This document shows positions 11,601 to 23,776 of a DNA stretch of 64,000 nt, piece after piece. The stretch lies in the NCBI RefSeq assembly GCF_009914755.1, contig NC_060931.1. The stretch is one strand, 5' to 3'. Under the pieces are notes generated by a model. That model had not been told where the DNA came from, did not search any database, and saw only the letters and a program-made list of their open reading frames with translations. The translations under genes and the position numbers were made by a program. The stretch's first letter is position 1; every line of letters starts with the position of its first letter. The DNA is from the human T2T-CHM13v2.0 reference genome, Homo sapiens.

Positions 11601-14600
11601 TTGTAAAGTCTGCAAGTGGATATATGGACCGCATTGAGGCCTTCGTTGGAAACGGGATTTCTTCATTTCATGCTAGACAGAAGAATTCTCAGTAACTTCT
11701 TTGTGCTGTGTGTATTCAACTCACAGAGTGGAACGTCCCTTTGCACAGAGCAGATTTGAAACACTCTTTTTGTGGAGTTTGCAAGTGGAGATTTCAAGCG
11801 ATTTGATGCCAACAGTAGAAAAGGAAATATCTTCAAATAAAAACTAGACAGAATCATTCTCAGAAACTACTTTGTGATGTGTGCCTTCAACTCACAGAGT
11901 TTAACCTTTCTTTTCTTAGAGCAGTTTAGAAACACTCTGCTTGTTATGTCTGCAAGTGGATATTTGGACCTCTTTGAGGCCTTCGTTGCAAACGGGGTTT
12001 CTTCCTTTCATGCTAGACTAAGAAGAGTTCTCAGTAACTTTTTTGTGTTGTGTGTATTCAACTCACAGAGTTGAACCTTGCTTTAGAGAGAGCAGATTTG
12101 AAACACTCTTGCTGTGGCATTTTCAGGTGGAGATTTCAAGCGATTTGAGGACAATTGCAGAAAAGGAAATATCTTCGTATAATAACCAGACAGAATCATT
12201 CTCAGAAAGTGCTTTGTGATGTGTGCGTTCAACTCACAGAGTTTAACCTTTCTTTTCATAGAGGAGTTTGGAAACACACTGTTTGTAAAGTCTGCAAGTG
12301 GATACATGGACCTGTTTGAGGCCTTCGTTGGAAACGGGATTTCTTCATTGAATGCTAGACGGAAGAATTCTCAGTAAATTCTTTGTGTTGTGTGCATTCA
12401 ACTCACAGAGTGGAACGTCCCTTTAGAAAGAGCAGATTTGAAACACTCTTTTTGCGGAATTTGCAAGTGGAGATTTCTAGCCATTTGATGCCAACAGTAG
12501 AAAGGGAAATATCTTCAAATAAAAACCAGACAGAATCATTCTCAGAAAATTCTTTGTGATGTGTGCGTTCAACTCACATAGTTTAACCTTTCTTTTCATA
12601 GAGCAGTTTGGAAACACTCTGTTTGTAAAGTCTGCAAGTGGATATATGGACCGCATTGAGGCCTTCGTTGGAAACGGGATTTCTTCATTTCATGCTAGAC
12701 AGAAGAATTCTCAGTAACTTCTTTGTGCTGTGTGTATTCAACTCACAGAGTGGAACGTCCCTTTGCACAGAGCAGATTTGAAACACTCTTTTTGTGGAGT
12801 TTGCAAGTGGAGATTTCAAGCGATTTGATGCCAACAGTAGAAAAGGAAATATCTTCAAATAAAAACTAGACAGAATCATTCTCAGAAACTACTTTGTGAT
12901 GTGTGCCTTCAACTCACAGAGTTTAACCTTTCTTTTCTTAGAGCAGTTTAGAAACACTCTGCTTGATATGTCTGCAAGTGGATATTTGGACCTCTTTGAG
13001 GCCTTCGTTGCAAACGGGGTTTCTTCCTTTCATGCTAGACTAAGAAGAGTTCTCAGTAACTTTTTTGTGTTGTGTGTATTCAACTCACAGAGTTGAACCT
13101 TGCTTTAGAGAGAGCAGATTTGAAACACTCTTGCTGTGGCATTTTCAGGTGGAGATTTCAAGCGATTTGAGGACAATTGCAGAAAAGGAAATATCTTCGT
13201 ATAATAACCAGACAGAATCATTCTCAGAAAGTGCTTTGTGATGTGTGCGTTCAACTCACAGAGTTTAACCTTTCTTTTCATAGAGGAGTTTGGAAACACA
13301 CTGTTTGTAAAGTCTGCAAGTGGATACATGGACCTGTTTGAGGCCTTCGTTGGAAACGGGATTTCTTCATTGAATGCTAGACGGAAGAATTCTCAGTAAA
13401 TTCTTTGTGTTGTGTGCATTCAACTCACAGAGTGGAACGTCCCTTTAGACACAGCAGATTTGAAACACTCTTTTTGCGGAATTTGCAAGTGGAGATTTCT
13501 AGCCATTTGATGCCAACAGTAGAAAGGGAAATATCTTCAAATAAAAACCAGACAGAATCATTCTCAGAAAATTCTTTGTGATGTGTGCGTTCAACTCACA
13601 TAGTTTAACCTTTCTTTTCATAGAGCAGTTTGGAAACACTCTGTTTGTAAAGTCTGCAAGTGGATATATGGACCGCATTGAGGCCTTCGTTGGAAACGGG
13701 ATTTCTTCATTTCATGCTAGACAGAAGAATTCTCAGTAACTTCTTTGTGCTGTGTGTATTCAACTCACAGAGTGGAACGTCCCTTTGCACAGAGCAGATT
13801 TGAAACACTCTTTTTGTGGAGTTTGCAAGTGGAGATTTCAAGCGATTTGATGCCAACAGTAGAAAAGGAAATATCTTCAAATAAAAACTAGACAGAATCA
13901 TTCTCAGAAACTACTTTGTGATGTGTGCCTTCAACTCACAGAGTTCAACCTTTCTTTTCTTAGAGCAGTTTAGAAACACTCTGCTTGTTATGTCTGCAAG
14001 TGGATATTTGGACCTCTTTGAGGCCTTCGTTGCAAACGGGGTTTCTTCCTTTCATGCTAGACTAAGAAGAGTTCTCAGTAACTTTTTTGTGTTGTGTGTA
14101 TTCAACTCACAGAGTTGAACCTTGCTTTAGAGAGAGCAGATTTGAAACACTCTTGCTGTGGCATTTTCAGGTGGAGATTTCAAGCGATTTGAGGACAATT
14201 GCAGAAAAGGAAATATCTTCGTATAATAACCAGACAGAATCATTCTCAGAAAGTGCTTTGTGATGTGTGCGTTCAACTCACAGAGTTTAACCTTTCTTTT
14301 CATAGAGGAGTTTGGAAACACACTGTTTGTAAAGTCTGCAAGTGGATACATGGACCTGTTTGAGGCCTTCGTTGGAAACGGGATTTCTTCATTGAATGCT
14401 AGACGGAAGAATTCTCAGTAAATTCTTTGTGTTGTGTGCATTCAACTCACAGAGTGGAACGTCCCTTTAGACAGAGCAGATTTGAAACACTCTTTTTGCG
14501 GAATTTGCAAGTGGAGATTTCTAGCCATTTGATGCCAACAGTAGAAAGGGAAATATCTTCAAATAAAAACCAGACAGAATCATTCTCAGAAAATTCTTTG

Positions 14601-17600
14601 TGATGTGTGCGTTCAACTCACATAGTTTAACCTTTCTTTTCATAGAGCAGTTTGGAAACACTCTGTTTGTAAAGTCTGCAAGTGGATATATGGACCGCAT
14701 TGAGGCCTTCGTTGGAAACGGGATTTCTTCATTTCATGCTAGACAGAAGAATTCTCAGTAACTTCTTTGTGCTGTGTGTATTCAACTCACAGAGTGGAAC
14801 GTCCCTTTACACAGAGCAGATTTGAAACACTCTTTTTGTGGAGTTTGCAAGTGGAGATTTCAAGCGATTTGATGCCAACAGTAGAAAAGGAAATATCTTC
14901 AAATAAAAACTAGACAGAATCATTCTCAGAAACTACTTTGTGATGTGTGCCTTCAACTCACAGAGTTTAACCTTTCTTTTCTTAGAGCAGTTTAGAAACA
15001 CTCTGCTTGTTATGACTGCAAGTGGATATTTGGACCTCTTTGAGGCCTTCGTTGCAAACGGGGTTTCTTCCTTTCATGCTAGACTAAGAAGAGTTCTCAG
15101 TAACTTTTTTGTGTTGTGTGTATTCAACTCACAGAGTTGAACCTTGCTTTAGAGAGAGCAGATTTGAAACACTCTTGCTGTGGCATTTTCAGGTGGAGAT
15201 TTCAAGCGATTTGAGGACAATTGCAGAAAAGGAAATATCTTCGTATAATAACCAGACAGAATCATTCTCAGAAAGTGCTTTGTGATGTGTGCGTTCAACT
15301 CACAGAGTTTAACCTTTCTTTTCATAGAGGAGTTTGGAAACACACTGTTTGTAAGGACTGCAAGTGGATATATGGACCTGTTTGAGGCCTTCGTTGGAAA
15401 CGGGATTTCTTCATTGAATGCTAGACGGAAGAATTCTCAGTAAATTCTTTGTGTTGTGTGCATTCAACTCACAGAGTGGAACGTCCCTTTAGACACAGCA
15501 GATTTGAAACACTCTTTTTGCGGAATTTGCAAGTGGAGATTTCTAGCCATTTGATGCCAACAGTAGAAAGGGAAATATCTTCAAATAAAAACCAGACAGA
15601 ATCATTCTCAGCAAATTCTTTGTGATGTGTGCGTTCAACTCACATAGTTTAACCTTTCTTTTCATAGAGCAGTTTGGAAACACTCTGTTTGTAAAGTCTG
15701 CAAGTGGATATATGGACCGCATTGAGGCCTTCGTTGGAAACGGGATTTCTTCATTTCATGCTAGACAGAAGAATTCTCAGTAACTTCTTTGTGCTGTGTG
15801 TATTCAACTCACAGAGTGGAACGTCCCTTTGCACAGAGCAGATTTGAAACACTCTTTTTGTGGAGTTTGCAAGTGGAGATTTCAAGCGATTTGATGCCAA
15901 CAGTAGAAAAGGAAATATCTTCAAATAAAAACTAGACAGAATCATTCTCAGAAACTACTTTGTGATGTGTGCCTTCAACTCACAGAGTTCAACCTTTCTT
16001 TTCTTAGAGCAGTTTAGAAACACTCTGCTTGTTATGTCTGCAAGTGGATATTTGGACCTCTTTGAGGGCTTCGTTGCAAACGGGGTTTCTTCCTTTCATG
16101 CTAGACTAAGAAGAGTTCTCAGTAACTTTTTTGTGTTGTGTGTATTCAACTCACAGAGTTGAACCTTGCTTTAGAGAGAGCAGATTTGAAACACTCTTGC
16201 TGTGGCATTTTCAGGTGGAGATTTCAAGCGATTTGAGGACAATTGCAGAAAAGGAAATATCTTCGTATAATAACCAGACAGAATCATTCTCAGAAAGTGC
16301 TTTGTGATGTGTGCGTTCAACTCACAGAGTTTAACCTTTCTTTTCATAGAGGAGTTTGGAAACACACTGTTTGTAAAGTCTGCAAGTGGATACATGGACC
16401 TGTTTGAGGCCTTCGTTGGAAACGGGATTTCTTCATTGAATGCTAGACGGAAGAATTCTCAGTAAATTCTTTGTGTTGTGTGCATTCAACTCACAGAGTG
16501 GAACGTCCCTTTAGACAGAGCAGATTTGAAACACTCTTTTTGCGGAATTTGCAAGTAGAGATTTCTAGCCATTTGATGCCAACAGTAGAAAGGGAAATAT
16601 CTTCAAATAAAAACCAGACAGAATCATTCTCAGCAAATTCTTTGTGATGTGTGCGTTCAACTCACATAGTTTAACCTTTCTTTTCATAGAGCAGTTTGGA
16701 AACACTCTGTTTGTAAAGTCTGCAAGTGGATATATGGACCGCATTGAGGCCTTCGTTGGAAACGGGATTTCTTCATTTCATGCTAGACAGAAGAATTCTC
16801 AGTAACTTCTTTGTGCTGTGTGTATTCAACTCACAGAGTGGAACGTCCCTTTGCACAGAGCAGATTTGAAACACTCTTTTTGTGGAGTTTGCAAGTGGAG
16901 ATTTCAAGCGATTTGATGCCAACAGTAGAAAAGGAAATATCTTCAAATAAAAACTAGACAGAATCATTCTCAGAAACTACTTTGTGATGTGTGTCTTCAA
17001 CTCACAGAGTTTAACCTTTCTTTTCTTAGAGCAGTTTAGAAACACTCTGCTTGTTATGACTGCAAGTGGATATTTGGACCTCTTTGAGGCCTTCGTTGCA
17101 AACGGGGTTTCTTCCTTTCATGCTAGACTAAGAAGAGTTCTCAGTAACTTTTTTGTGTTGTGTGTATTCAACTCACAGAGTTGAACCTTGCTTTAGAGAG
17201 AGCAGATTTGAAACACTCTTGCTGTGGCATTTTCAGGTGGAGATTTCAAGCGATTTGAGGACAATTGCAGAAAAGGAAATATCTTCGTATAATAACCAGA
17301 CAGAATCATTCTCAGAAAGTGCTTTGTGATGTGTGCGTTCAACTCACAGAGTTTAACCTTTCTTTTCATAGAGGAGTTTGGAAACACACTGTTTGTAAGG
17401 ACTGCAAGTGGATATATGGACCTGTTTGAGGCCTTCGTTGGAAACGGGATTTCTTCATTGAATGCTAGACGGAAGAATTCTCAGTAAATTCTTTGTGTTG
17501 TGTGCATTCAACTCACAGAGTGGAACGTCCCTTTAGACACAGCAGATTTGAAACACTCTTTTTGCGGAATTTGCAAGTGGAGATTTCTAGCCATTTGATG

Positions 17601-17986
17601 CCAACAGTAGAAAGGGAAATATCTTCAAATAAAAACCAGACAGAATCATTCTCAGCAAATTCTTTGTGATGTGTGCGTTCAACTCACATAGTTTAACCTT
17701 TCTTTTCATAGAGCAGTTTGGAAACACTCTGTTTGTAAAGTCTGCAAGTGGATATATGGACCGCATTGAGGCCTTCGTTGGAAACGGGATTTCTTCATTT
17801 CATGCTAGACAGAAGAATTCTCAGTAACTTCTTTGTGCTGTGTGTATTCAACTCACAGAGTGGAACGTCCCTTTGCACAGAGCAGATTTGAAACACTCTT
17901 TTTGTGGAGTTTGCAAGTGGAGATTTCAAGCGATTTGATGCCAACAGTAGAAAAGGAAATATCTTCAAATAAAAACTAGACAGAAT

Positions 17987-19348
17987 CATTCTCAGAAACT
18001 ACTTTGTGATGTGTGCCTTCAACTCACAGAGTTCAACCTTTCTTTTCTTAGAGCAGTTTAGAAACACTCTGCTTGTTATGTCTGCAAGTGGATATTTGGA
18101 CCTCTTTGAGGCCTTCGTTGCAAACGGGGTTTCTTCCTTTCATGCTAGACTAAGAAGAGTTCTCAGTAACTTTTTTGTGTTGTGTGTATTCAACTCACAG
18201 AGTTGAACCTTGCTTTAGAGAGAGCAGATTTGAAACACTCTTGCTGTGGCATTTTCAGGTGGAGATTTCAAGCGATTTGAGGACAATTGCAGAAAAGGAA
18301 ATATCTTCGTATAATAACCAGACAGAATCATTCTCAGAAAGTGCTTTGTGATGTGTGCGTTCAACTCACAGAGTTTAACCTTTCTTTTCATAGAGGAGTT
18401 TGGAAACACACTGTTTGTAAAGTCTGCAAGTGGATATATGGACCTGTTTGAGGCCTTCGTTGGAAACGGGATTTCCTCATTGAATGCTTGACGGAAGAAT
18501 TCTCAGTAAATTCTTTGTGTTGTGTGCATTCAACTCACAGAGTGGAACGTCCCTTTAGACAGAGCAGATTTGAAACACTCTTTTTGCGGAATTTGCAAGT
18601 GGAGATTTCTAGCCATTTGATGCCAACAGTAGAAAGGGAAATATCTTCAAATAAAAACCAGACAGAATCATTCTCAGAAAATTCTTTGTGATGTGTGCGT
18701 TCAACTCACAGAGTTTAACCTTTCTTTTCATAGAGGAGTTTGGAAACACACTGTTTGTAAAGTCTGCAAGTGGATACATGGACCTGTTTGAGGCCTTCGT
18801 TGGAAACGGGATTTCTTCATTGAATGCTAGACGGAAGAATTCTCAGTAAATTCTTTGTGTTGTGTGCATTCAACTCACAGAGTGGAACGTCCCTTTAGAC
18901 AGAGCAGATTTGAAACACTCTTTTTGCGGAATTTGCAAGTGGAGATTTCTAGCCATTTGATGCCAACAGTAGAAAGGGAAATATCTTCAAATAAAAACCA
19001 GACAGAATCATTCTCAGAAAATTCTTTGTGATGTGTGCGTTCAACTCACATAGTTTAACCTTTCTTTTCATAGAGCAGTTTGGAAACACTCTGTTTGTAA
19101 AGTCTGCAAGTGGATATATGGACCGCATTGAGGCCTTCGTTGGAAACGGGATTTCTTCATTTCATGCTAGACAGAAGAATTCTCAGTAACTTCTTTGTGC
19201 TGTGTGTATTCAACTCACAGAGTGGAACGTCCCTTTGCACAGAGCAGATTTGAAACACTCTTTTTGTGGAGTTTGCAAGTGGAGATTTCAAGCGATTTGA
19301 TGCCAACAGTAGAAAAGGAAATATCTTCAAATAAAAACTAGACAGAAT
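17987..19348 (+). repeat. 8-mer HOR structural variant (1362 bp; Y dimer duplicated), copy 1
   Basis: ORF spacing 18006 to 19368 is 1362 bp. A hybrid monomer at 18669 starts Z-type (aaaattcttt) and continues Y-type (cacagag, gaggag). Confidence 0.96.
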
Positions 19349-22300
19349 CATTCTCAGAAACTACTTTGTGATGTGTGCCTTCAACTCACAGAGTTTAACC
19401 TTTCTTTTCTTAGAGCAGTTTAGAAACACTCTGCTTGTTATGTCTGCAAGTGGATATTTGGACCTCTTTGAGGCCTTCGTTGCAAACGGGGTTTCTTCCT
19501 TTCATGCTAGACTAAGAAGAGTTCTCAGTAACTTTTTTGTGTTGTGTGTATTCAACTCACAGAGTTGAACCTTGCTTTAGAGAGAGCAGATTTGAAACAC
19601 TCTTGCTGTGGCATTTTCAGGTGGAGATTTCAAGCGATTTGAGGACAATTGCAGAAAAGGAAATATCTTCGTATAATAACCAGACAGAATCATTCTCAGA
19701 AAGTGCTTTGTGATGTGTGCGTTCAACTCACAGAGTTTAACCTTTCTTTTCATAGAGGAGTTTGGAAACACACTGTTTGTAAAGTCTGCAAGTGGATACA
19801 TGGACCTGTTTGAGGCCTTCGTTGGAAACGGGATTTCTTCATTGAATGCTAGACGGAAGAATTCTCAGTAAATTCTTTGTGTTGTGTGCATTCAACTCAC
19901 AGAGTGGAACGTCCCTTTAGACAGAGCAGATTTGAAACACTCTTTTTGCGGAATTTGCAAGTGGAGATTTCTAGCCATTTGATGCCAACAGTAGAAAGGG
20001 AAATATCTTCAAATAAAAACCAGACAGAATCATTCTCAGAAAATTCTTTGTGATGTGTGCGTTCAACTCACATAGTTTAACCTTTCTTTTCATAGAGCAG
20101 TTTGGAAACACTCTGTTTGTAAAGTCTGCAAGTGGATATATGGACCGCATTGAGGCCTTCGTTGGAAACGGGATTTCTTCATTTCATGCTAGACAGAAGA
20201 ATTCTCAGTAACTTCTTTGTGCTGTGTGTATTCAACTCACAGAGTGGAACGTCCCTTTGCACAGAGCAGATTTGAAACACTCTTTTTGTGGAGTTTGCAA
20301 GTGGAGATTTCAAGCGATTTGATGCCAACAGTAGAAAAGGAAATATCTTCAAATAAAAACTAGACAGAATCATTCTCAGAAACTACTTTGTGATGTGTGC
20401 CTTCAACTCACAGAGTTTAACCTTTCTTTTCTTAGAGCAGTTTAGAAACACTCTGCTTGTTATGTCTGCAAGTGGATACTTGGACCTCTTTGAGGCCTTC
20501 GTTGCAAACGGGGTTTCTTCCTTTCATGCTAGACTAAGAAGAGTTCTCAGTAACTTTTTTGTGTTGTGTGTATTCAACTCACAGAGTTGAACCTTGCTTT
20601 AGAGAGAGCAGATTTGAAACACTCTTGCTGTGGCATTTTCAGGTGGAGATTTCAAGCGATTTGAGGACAATTGCAGAAAAGGAAATATCTTCGTATAATA
20701 ACCAGACAGAATCATTCTCAGAAAGTGCTTTGTGATGTGTGCGTTCAACTCACAGAGTTTAACCTTTCTTTTCATAGAGGAGTTTGGAAACACACTGTTT
20801 GTAAAGTCTACAAGTGGATATATGGACCTGTTTGAGGCCTTCGTTGGAAACGGGATTTCTTCATTGAATGCTAGACGGAAGAATTCTCAGTAAATTCTTT
20901 GTGTTGTGTGCATTCAACTCACAGAGTGGAACGTCCCTTTAGACACAGCAGATTTGAAACACTCTTTTTGCGGAATTTGCAAGTGGAGATTTCTAGCCAT
21001 TTGATGCCAACAGTAGAAAGGGAAATATCTTCAAATAAAAACCAGACAGAATCATTCTCAGCAAATTCTTTGTGATGTGTGCGTTCAACTCACATAGTTT
21101 AACCTTTCTTTTCATAGAGCAGTTTGGAAACACTCTGTTTGTAAAGTCTGCAAGTGGATATATGGACCGCATTGAGGCCTTCGTTGGAAACGGGATTTCT
21201 TCATTTCATGCTAGACAGAAGAATTCTCAGTAACTTCTTTGTGCTGTGTGTATTTAACTCACAGAGTGGAACGTCCCTTTGCACAGAGCAGATTTGAAAC
21301 ACTCTTTTTGTGGAGTTTGCAAGTGGAGATTTCAAGCGATTTGATGCCAACAGTAGAAAAGGAAATATCTTCAAATAAAAACTAGACAGAATCATTCTCA
21401 GAAACTACTTTGTGATGTGTGCCTTCAACTCACAGAGTTTAACCTTTCTTTTCTTAGAGCAGTTTAGAAACACTCTGCTTGTTATGTCTGCAAGTGGATA
21501 TTTGGACCTCTTTGAGGCCTTCGTTGCAAACGGGGTTTCTTCCTTTCATGCTAGACTAAGAAGAGTTCTCAGTAACTTTTTTGTGTTGTGTGTATTCAAC
21601 TCACAGAGTTGAACCTTGCTTTAGAGAGAGCAGATTTGAAACACTCTTGCTGTGGCATTTTCAGGTGGAGATTTCAAGCGATTTGAGGACAATTGCAGAA
21701 AAGGAAATATCTTCGTATAATAACCAGACAGAATCATTCTCAGAAAGTGCTTTGTGATGGGTGCGTTCAACTCACAGAGTTTAACCTTTCTTTTCATAGA
21801 GGAGTTTGGAAACACACTGTTTGTAAAGTCTGCAAGTGGATACATGGACCTGTTTGAGGCCTTCGTTGGAAACGGGATTTCTTCATTGAATGCTAGACGG
21901 AAGAATTCTCAGTAAATTCTTTGTGTTGTGTGCATTCAACTCACAGAGTGGAACGTCCCTTTAGACAGAGCAGATTTGAAACACTCTTTTTGCGGAATTT
22001 GCAAGAGGAGATTTCTAGCCATTTGATGCCAACAGTAGAAAGGGAAATATCTTCAAATAAAAACCAGACAGAATCATTCTCAGAAAATTCTTTGTGATGT
22101 GTGCGTTCAACTCACATAGTTTAACCTTTCTTTTCATAGAGCAGTTTGGAAACACTCTGTTTGTAAAGTCTGCAAGTGGATATATGGACCGCATTGAGGC
22201 CTTCGTTGGAAACGGGATTTCTTCATTTCATGCTAGACAGAAGAATTCTCAGTAACTTCTTTGTGCTGTGTGTATTCAACTCACAGAGTGGAACGTCCCT

Positions 22301-22414
22301 TTGCACAGAGCAGATTTGAAACACTCTTTTTGTGGAGTTTGCAAGTGGAGATTTCAAGCGATTTGATGCCAACAGTAGAAAAGGAAATATCTTCAAATAA
22401 AAACTAGACAGAAT

Positions 22415-23776
22415 CATTCTCAGAAACTACTTTGTGATGTGTGCCTTCAACTCACAGAGTTCAACCTTTCTTTTCTTAGAGCAGTTTAGAAACACTCTGC
22501 TTGTTATGTCTGCAAGTGGATATTTGGACCTCTTTGAGGCCTTCGTTGCAAACGGGGTTTCTTCCTTTCATGCTAGACTAAGAAGAGTTCTCAGTAACTT
22601 TTTTGTGTTGTGTGTATTCAACTCACAGAGTTGAACCTTGCTTTAGAGAGAGCAGATTTGAAACACTCTTGCTGTGGCATTTTCAGGTGGAGATTTCAAG
22701 CGATTTGAGGACAATTGCAGAAAAGGAAATATCTTCGTATAATAACCAGACAGAATCATTCTCAGAAAGTGCTTTGTGATGTGTGCGTTCAACTCACAGA
22801 GTTTAACCTTTCTTTTCATAGAGGAGTTTGGAAACACACTGTTTGTAAAGTCTGCAAGTGGATATATGGACCTGTTTGAGGCCTTCGTTGGAAACGGGAT
22901 TTCCTCATTGAATGCTTGACGGAAGAATTCTCAGTAAATTCTTTGTGTTGTGTGCATTCAACTCACAGAGTGGAACGTCCCTTTAGACAGAGCAGATTTG
23001 AAACACTCTTTTTGCGGAATTTGCAAGTGGAGATTTCTAGCCATTTGATGCCAACAGTAGAAAGGGAAATATCTTCAAATAAAAACCAGACAGAATCATT
23101 CTCAGAAAATTCTTTGTGATGTGTGCGTTCAACTCACAGAGTTTAACCTTTCTTTTCATAGAGGAGTTTGGAAACACACTGTTTGTAAAGTCTGCAAGTG
23201 GATACATGGACCTGTTTGAGGCCTTCGTTGGAAACGGGATTTCTTCATTGAATGCTAGACGGAAGAATTCTCAGTAAATTCTTTGTGTTGTGTGCATTCA
23301 ACTCACAGAGTGGAACGTCCCTTTAGACAGAGCAGATTTGAAACACTCTTTTTGCGGAATTTGCAAGTGGAGATTTCTAGCCATTTGATGCCAACAGTAG
23401 AAAGGGAAATATCTTCAAATAAAAACCAGACAGAATCATTCTCAGAAAATTCTTTGTGATGTGTGCGTTCAACTCACATAGTTTAACCTTTCTTTTCATA
23501 GAGCAGTTTGGAAACACTCTGTTTGTAAAGTCTGCAAGTGGATATATGGACCGCATTGAGGCCTTCGTTGGAAACGGGATTTCTTCATTTCATGCTAGAC
23601 AGAAGAATTCTCAGTAACTTCTTTGTGCTGTGTGTATTCAACTCACAGAGTGGAACGTCCCTTTGCACAGAGCAGATTTGAAACACTCTTTTTGTGGAGT
23701 TTGCAAGTGGAGATTTCAAGCGATTTGATGCCAACAGTAGAAAAGGAAATATCTTCAAATAAAAACTAGACAGAAT
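22415..23776 (+). repeat. 8-mer HOR structural variant, copy 2
   Basis: Spacing 22434 to 23796 is 1362 bp. Same Z/Y junction and the same private SNVs (ttcctcatt, gcttgac) as copy 1. Confidence 0.96.

Noticed and set aside
18488-18691. 67-aa ORF specific to three 8-mers
   Set aside because: Created by an A>T SNV giving a TTG 'start'. It is an artefact, useful only as a marker.
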